DNA of 32,000 nt from Pseudomonadota bacterium. Its GTDB lineage: Bacteria; Pseudomonadota; Alphaproteobacteria; UBA1280; RI-95. Shown piece after piece: positions 1 through 7,242 of this stretch. A model generated the notes under the pieces. That model worked only from the letters and a program-made list of their open reading frames with translations. It did no database searches and was not told where the DNA came from. Position numbers and translations under genes: made by a program. The DNA is taken from the NCBI GenBank assembly GCA_016125375.1, contig WGLU01000003.1, positions 133,880 through 165,879 of the forward strand. Reading direction: 5' to 3'. The first letter of the stretch is position 1; every line of letters begins with the position of its first letter.

Positions 1-569
1 TCCACATTGGCAGATTTAGCCTGTTCAATCGCCTTGAACATGACACCTGACGGGTCGGCGCCCTCCTTGTCTGGCCTGACAATCGCAACACCTGTGCGTT
101 CGGCCCAGATGGCTAATTGCTCGATGGCACCGGCGCGGTAGGTATCCCCCGCTGCCAGCATGACTGTTTTGCCATCGTCCTTGAACTTCTCCGCCAGTTT
201 GCCGATGGTGGTTGTTTTCCCGGCACCATTAACGCCAACCATCAGAACAATTGCGGGTTTTTTATCGGTTGGCAGGGCGAGGGGCCGTTCTGCCTTTGCC
301 AGTTGTCCGGCAATTTTCTCGGCAAGGAATGTGCGTACCTCGTGCTCGCTGACTTCCTTGTCAAAGCGGCTGGCGCGCAGGGCGCTGATGAGCTGTGCGG
401 CCGTCGTTACACCAATATCCGCACGGATAAGCAGCTCCTCGAGCTCTTCGCACGTGGCGTCATCAAGTTTGCGGTGGGTGAAGAGCTGCGTGATGCCTTC
501 CGTCAAATTGCTGGACGTGCGGCGCAGTCCTTCTTTCAGGCGGTTAAAAAGGCTTTTCTTTTCGGTCAT
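1..569 (-). CDS. ftsY: Signal recognition particle receptor FtsY (N-terminal part; the gene runs off the left edge)
   Basis: Reverse translation from ATG 569-567 reads MTEKKSLFNRLKEGLRRTSSNL...KKPAIVLMVGVNGAGKTTTIGKLAEKF...MLAAGDTYRAGAIEQL. This is an SRP-GTPase NG domain with a GxxGxGKT P-loop. It is absent from the ORF track because there is no stop in the window. Confidence 0.9.
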   Translation of the reverse strand, partial: MTEKKSLFNRLKEGLRRTSSNLTEGITQLFTHRKLDDATCEELEELLIRADIGVTTAAQLISALRASRFDKEVSEHEVRTFLAEKIAGQLAKAERPLALPTDKKPAIVLMVGVNGAGKTTTIGKLAEKFKDDGKTVMLAAGDTYRAGAIEQLAIWAERTGVAIVRPDKEGADPSGVMFKAIEQAKSANV

Positions 570-937
570 TGGCTCTGGTTCACATACACACTGAGTTGAC
601 GGTACTGTTTTTTACCCTCGGCATCGTAAACCGTGACAGTGAGTTTGAACAGCCCTGGCGTGTCGGTTTTATCCACCGTTTGGGCGTAGGTAAAGTGGTA
701 GCCGCCCATATCCTCTTGCCCACCCTCGGTTTTCAGGTCCGGTTTCATGCTGATGGAGAGGGGTATCAGGTAACGGTCCAGCAGGTTGCGGGCCAGTACA
801 TCAGCTGCCATACGTACCGACAGGTCTCCTGTTGTCCGGTGGCTGCTCGCAACCGTTGCAGCAACAGTTACCAGCGCAATAGAGGCAATGGCGACAGCAA
901 TCAGCACCTCCAGCAGGGTAAAGCCACGGCAGCGCAT
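566..937 (-). CDS. Prepilin-type N-terminal methylation-domain protein, GspI-like minor pseudopilin
   Basis: MRCRGFTLLEVLIAVAIASIAL carries the G/FTLLE prepilin cleavage-methylation motif followed by a hydrophobic helix. The size (123 aa) and AADVLARNLL segment resemble T2SS protein I. Its TGA overlaps the ftsY ATG (ATGA at 566-569). Confidence 0.6.
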   Translation of the reverse strand: MRCRGFTLLEVLIAVAIASIALVTVAATVASSHRTTGDLSVRMAADVLARNLLDRYLIPLSISMKPDLKTEGGQEDMGGYHFTYAQTVDKTDTPGLFKLTVTVYDAEGKKQYRQLSVYVNQSQ

Positions 938-940
938 GGC

Positions 941-1324
941 CTAGTTCCTCAGCCAGGTGTCATTGCGGCTCAGGGGATCTACGTAGCGCAAACGGCCGTC
1001 ATTGGTGCGGATGGTCAGGGCCGGGCGGGCAATTTCGTGCCAGTCGCGCAGCAGGCGGTCAACGCTCAGCAAGGTTCCCCACAAGGGGCCATGCGCCTGC
1101 AGGGCCTGACGGGCATACAGACTGTTCACCGGGTAACCGCTACTGCGGTCACCGTCGATGCTGCTGATAAATGTGCTGTAAAACCAGAGCATCCCGCCAG
1201 CGGGACGTTGTGTTTTCCACGGGCTGGCAGTTCGCTGGGTCAGCAGTTCGGCTGGTACGCTCAGCGGATTGGCGCATGCGTCAACAGGCAGCAGGCAAAG
1301 GAGGCAAAGGGCAATACGGCGCAT
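941..1324 (-). CDS. Secreted YidD-like (haemolytic-domain-like) protein lacking the conserved cysteines
   Basis: Signal peptide MRRIALCLLCLLPVDACA. The core LWFYSTFISSIDGDRSSGYPVNSLYARQALQAHGPLWGTLLSVDRLLRD aligns by eye to the YidD pattern YQ..ISP.....CRF.PTCS.Y...A....G...G..L...R.L.RC, with the three Cys replaced by S, N and D. Confidence 0.4.
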   Translation of the reverse strand: MRRIALCLLCLLPVDACANPLSVPAELLTQRTASPWKTQRPAGGMLWFYSTFISSIDGDRSSGYPVNSLYARQALQAHGPLWGTLLSVDRLLRDWHEIARPALTIRTNDGRLRYVDPLSRNDTWLRN

Positions 1325-2139
1325 TACAGGCCAGGTTCCTTGGGTTTAAGGTCGCTCCAGCTGTCCATAGCGGTGCGGATGGCCTCATGGCCGTTCCGCA
1401 AAGTGCTGCTGTAGGCGGATGTGATGCTGCCCGCATATACCGTCAGGAACACAAAGCCAAAGAATATCGCCAAACCCCATGCCCGCAGGCGTAGAGTGTT
1501 ATAAAAAGCGCCGCCGAGCAGAGCGCACATCAGCAGGCTCATCAACGCTGTGCGCCAGTCCCCTGTCAGCAAATGCCCGGCACCCGGAACAACACCCATA
1601 AAAGCGGCGACGATGGCCCGGGACATGGGCCGCATGCCCATGTCCGACAGTTTCTTGCGCAGGGCGTCTGTCTTGGGTCCTTTTGCCTGATCCGGCAGAG
1701 CCCCTGTCTGGTAAGCCTGCTGCCACAGGCCGTACCATGCGGCCTCGGCGGTATAAAAATCCCGCGGGTAGAGCTGTTGCAGACGGTCGGCAAAGGGTTT
1801 ACCGCCGTTCGGTTTGAGGGTATCGCCCAGCACCATCATCCGGTACATCGCCTCGGGGATGCGGTTGCTGGAGGGGAATATGGCGCCAAAACGCTCAAAA
1901 TCCTGCAAGGCCTGCTGGGGCATGCCCTGGGCAGCGGCCAACACGGCTACACGGAAGAGGGCCTCTTCCCTGAGGGGGCTCTGCGGGTCCACCTCGTGCG
2001 CCATACGTTTCCATTCCAGCCGTGCTCCGGCAAGGTCGCCCTCATCTTCCAGCGCGCGCGCAAACGACGATGTGCCCATATCCGCGTGGGCGGACAGGGC
2101 CAGAACAAAGCTCAGCAGGGTCAAAAAAAGTGTTTTCAT
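1324..2139 (-). CDS. Hypothetical envelope protein: signal peptide, TPR-like helical region and C-terminal transmembrane segments
   Basis: MKTLFLTLLSFVLALSAHA signal peptide, helical repeat-like middle, and C-terminal hydrophobic helices (IVAAFMGVVPGAGHLLTGDW..., LMSLLMCALLGGAF, AWGLAIFFGFVFLTVYAGSI). Its stop overlaps the next gene's start (TAATG at 1322-1326). Confidence 0.55.
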   Translation of the reverse strand: MKTLFLTLLSFVLALSAHADMGTSSFARALEDEGDLAGARLEWKRMAHEVDPQSPLREEALFRVAVLAAAQGMPQQALQDFERFGAIFPSSNRIPEAMYRMMVLGDTLKPNGGKPFADRLQQLYPRDFYTAEAAWYGLWQQAYQTGALPDQAKGPKTDALRKKLSDMGMRPMSRAIVAAFMGVVPGAGHLLTGDWRTALMSLLMCALLGGAFYNTLRLRAWGLAIFFGFVFLTVYAGSITSAYSSTLRNGHEAIRTAMDSWSDLKPKEPGL

Positions 2140-2193
2140 GTCGGCAGTTATACAGCCGCGCAGGGCGGACTGTCAAAAACACAACAACAAAAC

Positions 2194-2222
2194 TTGCAGC
2201 CTTGGCGCAGGCTCCCTACATT
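2194..2222 (+). promoter_or_regulatory. Sigma70-like promoter candidate TTGCAG-N17-TACATT
   Basis: ttgcag at 2194-2199, a 17-nt spacer, tacatt at 2217-2222. A pyrimidine-rich leader of about 75 nt and GGAGG (2289-2293) follow before ATG 2301. Confidence 0.35.
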
Positions 2223-2300
2223 CTCAACATCGGTTTTCGTGCCGCATCTTTTCGTCTTTTTCGCATCTTTCCCCTGTTTTCCTGACTCGGAGGCTCTCTC

Positions 2301-2897
2301 ATGACCCTTACCGGTAAGATTTTCGTGGCCGGGTTTCTGGCCCTGCTCTGCGCGATGGGCCTGTTCTCCGCCTACGGCGGCTGGTTCAACGCCACCATCG
2401 CCTGCATGGTCGGCACCGTGGCGCTGCCCGCGCTGACGTTCTTCATCAAGGGCCGTCACCCGTACACCATCTGGGCCGTCTGGGCGCTGGTGGGCATGGC
2501 CTGGGGCGTCACCGGAGCAGGCATCGCCCTGTATCTGGAGCTGTGGCTGCTCGCCGTTCCGGCGCTGCTGACCGCGGCCGCGGCTGCTCTTGGCGTGTTC
2601 CGTCTGGTCACCATCATGGTGCCGGACATCGCCATGTTTGCCGGCATCATGTCCGGCCAGCCTGCCAACACGCCGGCCATCAAGGCCCGTCTGGCTGCGC
2701 TGGGCGCCTACTACGGCAAGCTCAACGCTCTGCGTGCCAAAGTCGGCCTGCGCCCGCTGGGGGCCAGCGGCGAATACACCCGCAGCAACGACCCCAACGC
2801 CTACTGGCGTGAGCGCGAAGATGGTCTGCCGCCCGTGAACGGCGGCAACCGTGCCGAACGCCGCAAGCGCGCGGCCGAAGAGCGCAAGCGCAAGTAA
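2301..2897 (+). CDS. Hypothetical multi-pass membrane protein with a basic C-terminal tail (very high GC3)
   Basis: GGAGG sits 7 nt upstream of the ATG. Four or five hydrophobic helices (FVAGFLALLCAMGLF, ACMVGTVALPALTFFI, IWAVWALVGMAWGVTGAGIALYL, LLAVPALLTAAAAALGVF). C-terminus is RAERRKRAAEERKRK. An intrinsic terminator follows. I recognise no family. Confidence 0.7.
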   Translation: MTLTGKIFVAGFLALLCAMGLFSAYGGWFNATIACMVGTVALPALTFFIKGRHPYTIWAVWALVGMAWGVTGAGIALYLELWLLAVPALLTAAAAALGVFRLVTIMVPDIAMFAGIMSGQPANTPAIKARLAALGAYYGKLNALRAKVGLRPLGASGEYTRSNDPNAYWREREDGLPPVNGGNRAERRKRAAEERKRK

Positions 2898-2923
2898 CCA
2901 CCCCAACGACCTGACCCCGCCGC

Positions 2924-2950
2924 ATGGCGGGGTCTTTTCTTTTGGGCGCA
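2924..2950 (+). terminator. Rho-independent terminator
   Basis: Stem accccgcc (2924-2931), loop gcat, stem ggcggggt (2936-2943), followed by cttttctttt. Confidence 0.6.
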
Positions 2951-2990
2951 AAAAGGCTAAGCTGCCCCCACAAATGCAGGAGGAGCCGCC

Positions 2991-4364
2991 ATGTTTGACC
3001 AGTTGTCCGACCGTTTTGACGCGTTATTCAAGCGCCTGAGCGGCCGTGGCCTGCTGACCGAGGCCGACGTGGATGCCGCGCTGCGCGAGGTGCGTATCGC
3101 CCTGTTGGAGGCCGATGTCGCCCTGCCTGTCATCAAGCGCTTTATGACGCTGGTAAAGGAAAAAGCGGTGGGCGAGGATGTGCTCAAGTCTATCAAGCCG
3201 TCCGAGCAGGTGGTGAAAATCGTCCACGATGCGCTGGTCGAGGTGCTGGGCGAGGGGGAGGAACTTAATCTCCGGGCTCAGCCGCCTGTCGTTCTTCTGA
3301 TGGTCGGCCTGCAAGGCTCGGGTAAAACCACCACCACGGGCAAGTTGGCGCGCCTGCTGAAAAATGACCGCAAAAAAGTGCTGATGGCCTCGCTGGATAT
3401 TTACCGTCCAGCCGCGCAGGCACAGCTCGCCACGCTTGGGCAACGTACCGGCGTGGATAGTTTAGAGATTATCGACGGCCAAAAACCGCTGGAGATTACA
3501 AAGCGCGCGTTGGATGCGGCCAAAAAGGGCGGTTACGACGTGCTGATGCTCGATACCGCAGGCCGCTTGGAGATTGACGAGGCCATGATGGCCGAACTGG
3601 ACGCTGTGAAAGCAACCGCCAACCCGACCGAAGTGCTGCTGGTGGCCGACGCCATGACCGGTCAGGTCGCGGTGGATATTGCCACCGCGTTTAACGAGCG
3701 CTTTGGCGTGACCGGCATCATCCTGACCCGTATGGACGGCGACAGCCGCGGCGGTGCCGCGCTTTCCATGCGCGAAGTGACGGGCAAGCCCATTAAATAC
3801 GTCGGTACCGGCGAAAACTTGGAAGGCATTACGCCGTTCCACCCCAAACGGGTGGCCGGGCGCATCCTCGGCATGGGCGATGTGGTGTCTCTGGTCGAAA
3901 AAATGCAGGAAAATATCGACGAGGAGGCGGCCCTGAAAATGCAGGACCGTATGATGGACGGCAAGTTCGACCTCAACGACCTCAGAAGCCAGCTTGAGCA
4001 GATGACCAAAATGGGTTCGCTGTCGAGCCTGATGGACATGATGCCTGGCATGAAGGGGATGAAGGACAAAATCGACCCCAGCAAGCTCGATGACCGCCAG
4101 ATTGTCCGCCAGATTGCCATTATTAATTCCATGACGCCTAAAGAACGCCGTAACCCGCAACTGATGAACGCCCGCCGCCGCATCCGCATCGCTAACGGGG
4201 CCGGTGTGAGTGTGAACGAGGTCAACAAGCTGCTCAAATCGTACGACCAAATGAGCCGGATGATGAAGAAGCTCGGCAAAATGGGTGGTCTGGCAGGTTT
4301 GGGTAAAATGTTCGGCAAAGGCGGCCTGCCCAATATCTCTGGTATGCCCAAGCTGCCCAAATAG
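2991..4364 (+). CDS. ffh: Signal recognition particle protein Ffh
   Basis: MFDQLSDRFDALFKRLSGRG..., P-loop GLQGSGKTTTTGKLA, DTAGR, and a Met-rich C-terminal M domain (SLMDMMPGMKGMKDK). Confidence 0.97.
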   Translation: MFDQLSDRFDALFKRLSGRGLLTEADVDAALREVRIALLEADVALPVIKRFMTLVKEKAVGEDVLKSIKPSEQVVKIVHDALVEVLGEGEELNLRAQPPVVLLMVGLQGSGKTTTTGKLARLLKNDRKKVLMASLDIYRPAAQAQLATLGQRTGVDSLEIIDGQKPLEITKRALDAAKKGGYDVLMLDTAGRLEIDEAMMAELDAVKATANPTEVLLVADAMTGQVAVDIATAFNERFGVTGIILTRMDGDSRGGAALSMREVTGKPIKYVGTGENLEGITPFHPKRVAGRILGMGDVVSLVEKMQENIDEEAALKMQDRMMDGKFDLNDLRSQLEQMTKMGSLSSLMDMMPGMKGMKDKIDPSKLDDRQIVRQIAIINSMTPKERRNPQLMNARRRIRIANGAGVSVNEVNKLLKSYDQMSRMMKKLGKMGGLAGLGKMFGKGGLPNISGMPKLPK

Positions 4365-4385
4365 ATGTTTTGGCAATAAAAACGC

Positions 4386-4414
4386 TTGCATTTGCCCGCC
4401 CGCGGGCGTAAATA
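4386..4414 (+). promoter_or_regulatory. Sigma70-like promoter candidate TTGCAT-N17-TAAATA for rpsP
   Basis: ttgcat at 4386-4391, a 17-nt spacer, taaata at 4409-4414. A leader hairpin follows at 4429-4449 (gcgtataca / cgg / tgtatgcgc). Confidence 0.45.
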
Positions 4415-4519
4415 CACCCCACAGAGTTGCGTATACACGGTGTATGCGCCGCCCTTTGAATCGCGTAAAAGGAACTTCACTGCGTTTGGCAGGAAGTTGC
4501 GTAGGAAAGGAAAGATACG

Positions 4520-4969
4520 ATGTCCGTAGCTATTCGTCTGGCCCGTCGTGGCCGCAAAAAATTGCCCTTCTACCATGTTATTGTGACCGACAGCCGCAAC
4601 TCGCGCGACGGTCGCTTTATCGAGAAAATCGGCCACTTCAACCCACTGACTGACGGTGATGACCGTCTGACCCTGAAGGCTGACCGTGCCGTACACTGGC
4701 TGAATGTAGGCGCCAAGCCTAGCGCAACCGTCGGCAAAATGCTGATCGGTCTGGGTGTTGGTACCGACAAACAGCGTGCCGACATGCAAAAAGTTATCGA
4801 CCTGCGTAAGAACGCTATTCAGGCCCGCCTGAAAAAAGAAGCTGATGCCAAAGCCGCCGAAGCTGCTGCCGCTAAAGCTGCCGAAGATGCTGCCGCTGCT
4901 GAAGCTGCTGCTGCCGAAGCCGCTGCCGCTGCTGAAGCACCTGCTGCTGAAGAGCAACCTTCCGCCTAA
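4520..4969 (+). CDS. rpsP: 30S ribosomal protein S16 with an Ala/Glu/Lys-rich C-terminal extension
   Basis: MSVAIRLARRGRKKLPFYHVIVTDSRNSRDGRFIEKIGHFNP is the S16 core. The tail is [45 protein letters not shown]. Confidence 0.95.
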   Translation: MSVAIRLARRGRKKLPFYHVIVTDSRNSRDGRFIEKIGHFNPLTDGDDRLTLKADRAVHWLNVGAKPSATVGKMLIGLGVGTDKQRADMQKVIDLRKNAIQARLKKEADAKAAEAAAAKAAEDAAAAEAAAAEAAAAAEAPAAEEQPSA

Positions 4970-4983
4970 GGTCTGCGTTACTT

Positions 4984-5508
4984 ATGAGCGCCCAGCGCCC
5001 GCCCCGCAAAGATGGTTATTTTTGTGTGGCAGTGGTTCTGGGCGCTCATGGCATTCGTGGGGGCGTTCGCCTCAAGGCCTTTACGGCCGACCCCGCCGAT
5101 GTTGCCGCCTACGGTGCACCCGTAGACACCCGCGGCAAGGCATTTTCGCTCTCCCGTATTAAAGTGACACCCAAAGGCGTGCTTGCCCATATCGATGGTC
5201 TGAACGACCGTGACGCCGCAGAGGCCCTGAAAGGAACGTACCTGTATGCGCCCTTGTCCGCCCTGCCGGATGATGGCGGCGTGTACTACGGCGAGCTGGA
5301 AGCCATGATGGTCGTGCGCGAGAATGCCGAGCCTGTCGGTACAATCGACTATGTTTTTGATGCCGGTGCCAACCCGGTCCTGTCTGTCCGCCTGACAAAT
5401 GGCGGCGATGTGATGATCCCCTTTATCGACGATGTTGTTGTCCGTGTGGATAAGGCTGCTGCTCAGGTGATTGTGAGCGACGCGGTTGATATGTTCCTCG
5501 GGCTGTAA
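4984..5508 (+). CDS. rimM: 16S rRNA processing protein RimM
   Basis: VLGAHGIRGGVRLKAFTADP..., DRDAAEALKG, and a PRC-barrel-like C-terminus (MIPFIDDVVVRVD). It lies directly after rpsP. Confidence 0.85.
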   Translation: MSAQRPPRKDGYFCVAVVLGAHGIRGGVRLKAFTADPADVAAYGAPVDTRGKAFSLSRIKVTPKGVLAHIDGLNDRDAAEALKGTYLYAPLSALPDDGGVYYGELEAMMVVRENAEPVGTIDYVFDAGANPVLSVRLTNGGDVMIPFIDDVVVRVDKAAAQVIVSDAVDMFLGL

Positions 5509-5523
5509 GCGCATATACGCCAC

Positions 5524-5550
5524 AAAAAAAGCCGCCCCGTGAGGGGCGGC
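5524..5550 (-). terminator. Rho-independent terminator of the 5567-6220 gene (also lies 3' of rimM)
   Basis: An A-run (5524-5530) gives a T-run on the minus strand. Stem gccgcccc (5531-5538), loop gtga, stem ggggcggc (5543-5550). Confidence 0.65.
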
Positions 5551-5566
5551 TTCGTCGTTCGGTCGG

Positions 5567-6220
5567 TTACTTGTGCAGATCCTTGTCGAAGGTCTTCTGC
5601 TGCCAGTCGGCGATGGAACGCAGCCAGCGGCCGAAGAAGCGGTACATCCCCGAGAGGATGAACGTCGCCGGCGCATGGACCAGGAACCACGCAAAGCGGA
5701 ACAGCGCATGGACGGCGTAAACCGGCCAGCAGCCGAACCACAGCATCAGGTCGCCCTTGTAGTGGGCGGGGTCGCGGTTCAGGCAGTACGGGTACGCGTA
5801 CTCGAACCACGCCTTGCGCAGCTCGGCCGGTACCGGCTTGCCGATGTCGTCGCCGAGCTTGTGGATGGCGAAGAACTCCGCCTTCAGCTCACGCAGCTTG
5901 GCAGCGTTGCCCATGCCGCGGCCGATCCACTCGCCGAACATCCAGAACAGACCGATGAACAGGTAGCTCGGGATGGTGATCAGCGGGTTTTTCAGGACCC
6001 AGGCGACGGGGGTGATGTCCTTGCCGAACAGATAGGCGAAGAACAGCGTGGCCAGCATGGTGATGGTCACGATGACGGCCTGACCCTTGCTGGCACCCGG
6101 ACGGGGCGGCAGCGGGGCGGTTTCGGCTTCGGTCGGGGTGTCGTCGGAACCGCTGACCAGCTTGGCGAAGAAAATCACCAGCGCAGCGATCACGATGACC
6201 GGAAGAAGCAGTTTGAACAT
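5567..6220 (-). CDS. Hypothetical multi-pass membrane protein, paralog A (unknown family, very high GC3)
   Basis: AGGAG Shine-Dalgarno upstream of ATG 6220. TM helices LLLPVIVIAALVIFFAKLV, AVIVTITMLATLFFAYLF, ITIPSYLFIGLFWMF and LMLWFGCWPVYAVHALFRFAWFLV. Homologous to the 6407-7123 product. Confidence 0.75.
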   Translation of the reverse strand: MFKLLLPVIVIAALVIFFAKLVSGSDDTPTEAETAPLPPRPGASKGQAVIVTITMLATLFFAYLFGKDITPVAWVLKNPLITIPSYLFIGLFWMFGEWIGRGMGNAAKLRELKAEFFAIHKLGDDIGKPVPAELRKAWFEYAYPYCLNRDPAHYKGDLMLWFGCWPVYAVHALFRFAWFLVHAPATFILSGMYRFFGRWLRSIADWQQKTFDKDLHK

Positions 6221-6295
6221 GGCATGCTCCTGCTTGGAGAGAAAACAGGGAAAAACGAGAAAAAGAAAAGACAGATTGTGCGGAAAACACGCCCC

Positions 6296-6324
6296 ATATT
6301 TGGGTGCGGTGGGGGGAAAGTCAA
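6296..6324 (-). promoter_or_regulatory. Sigma70-like promoter candidate TTGACT-N17-AAATAT for paralog A
   Basis: On the minus strand, ttgact (6324-6319), a 17-nt spacer, aaatat (6301-6296). A CT-rich leader of about 70 nt follows. Confidence 0.4.
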
Positions 6325-6363
6325 CCGAAATCGGACGATTGTATACAAAAATCGGCGGGCACG

Positions 6364-6389
6364 AAAAAAGCCGCCCCGGTGGGGGCGGC
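6364..6389 (-). terminator. Rho-independent terminator of the 6407-7123 gene
   Basis: A-run 6364-6369, stem gccgcccc (6370-6377), loop ggtg, stem ggggcggc (6382-6389). It is near-identical to the hairpin at 5531-5550. Confidence 0.65.
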
Positions 6390-6406
6390 TTCTGTCGATC
6401 GAAGGG

Positions 6407-7123
6407 TTACTTCACGTCGTCGTCGTACTTCTTCGCACGACGGTTGACCATGTAGCGCAGCGCGCCGGAGCAGCGGTCGTAGATGAACAGCGACACGCGC
6501 TTGACGAGCTTGGTCAGGTCGTCCAGCAGGTTGAACAGCCGGATGAAGAACTGACGGGTCACCGACCAGGCCATGGAGAACGGCCAGTAGCCGATCCACA
6601 GCAGGAAGCGGCTCTTGTAGCTGTTCGGGTTCGGCTTGTAGGCGGCGCGGCCCGCGTAGCGGAACCACTCGTCCTTCAGGTTGGCCGGGATGGCCTCGCC
6701 GGCCTTCAGGGTGATCCCCTTGGCGGCGACGAACTCCTTGCGGGTCGAGGACAGATCGTTGTCCCAGCGCTTCAGGACGCCTTCCCACTTGGCGAACATC
6801 CACAGCGCGCCGATCGGGAAATAGGCCGCCACGACGGCGATCCAGTTCTCGATGACGAACTTGATGACCGGGTTCTCCAGACCGCCGCCGAGGAAGTACA
6901 GCAGCGCGGTGAAGACCAGCAGGGTGAAGGTGGCGCCGACGCCCGAGTCGTTCTCGACGCACGTGAACTCGACGACGAAGAACAGCGCGAGCAGGGCGAA
7001 GAACGGCCAGGTGAAGCCGACGAACAGGGTGGTGGCGGTCAGGCCGGCCAGCAGGCTGCTGCCAGCGAAGAACCAGATAAGGGCACCGATGGCGCCCGCT
7101 CCGAGCAGATAACGCATCTGCAT
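6407..7123 (-). CDS. Hypothetical multi-pass membrane protein, paralog B (unknown family, very high GC3)
   Basis: AAGGAG directly upstream of ATG 7123. There are five hydrophobic helices. The C-terminal two thirds align with paralog A (IGALWMFAKWEG / IGLFWMFGEWIG; WFRYA / WFEYA; PNSYK / PAHYK; LLWIGYWP / LMLWFGCWP). Confidence 0.75.
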   Translation of the reverse strand: MQMRYLLGAGAIGALIWFFAGSSLLAGLTATTLFVGFTWPFFALLALFFVVEFTCVENDSGVGATFTLLVFTALLYFLGGGLENPVIKFVIENWIAVVAAYFPIGALWMFAKWEGVLKRWDNDLSSTRKEFVAAKGITLKAGEAIPANLKDEWFRYAGRAAYKPNPNSYKSRFLLWIGYWPFSMAWSVTRQFFIRLFNLLDDLTKLVKRVSLFIYDRCSGALRYMVNRRAKKYDDDVK

Positions 7124-7212
7124 CTCCTTTTACTTTGAAAGGCCGATTGGCAAAAAGGTTAGGAGGGGTAATCTAAAAAACGTAATGCAAAGAAATAAAA
7201 AAGATGTGGCTT

Positions 7213-7242
7213 TTGAACGGCGCATTGTTAAATGTGTATACC
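7213..7242 (+). promoter_or_regulatory. Weak sigma70-like promoter candidate TTGAAC-N18-TATACC for trmD
   Basis: ttgaac at 7213-7218, an 18-nt spacer, tatacc at 7237-7242, in the AT-rich gap upstream of trmD. Confidence 0.3.

Noticed and set aside
3462-4957. Minus-strand ORFs of 309 aa and 431 aa opposite ffh and rpsP
   Set aside because: They lie opposite unambiguous ffh and rpsP and run through the ffh-rpsP intergenic promoter region. The S/R/F-rich product is implausible.
5573-7138. A 521-aa plus-strand ORF that stays open across both paralog genes and the 186-nt spacer between them
   Set aside because: The product is D/E/R/G/Q-rich low complexity with no SD or recognisable domain. It is the antisense shadow expected opposite very-high-GC3 genes, because sense codons ending in TTA, CTA or TCA are almost absent. 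The minus-strand ORFs have SDs, TM helices, paralogy and correctly oriented terminators.
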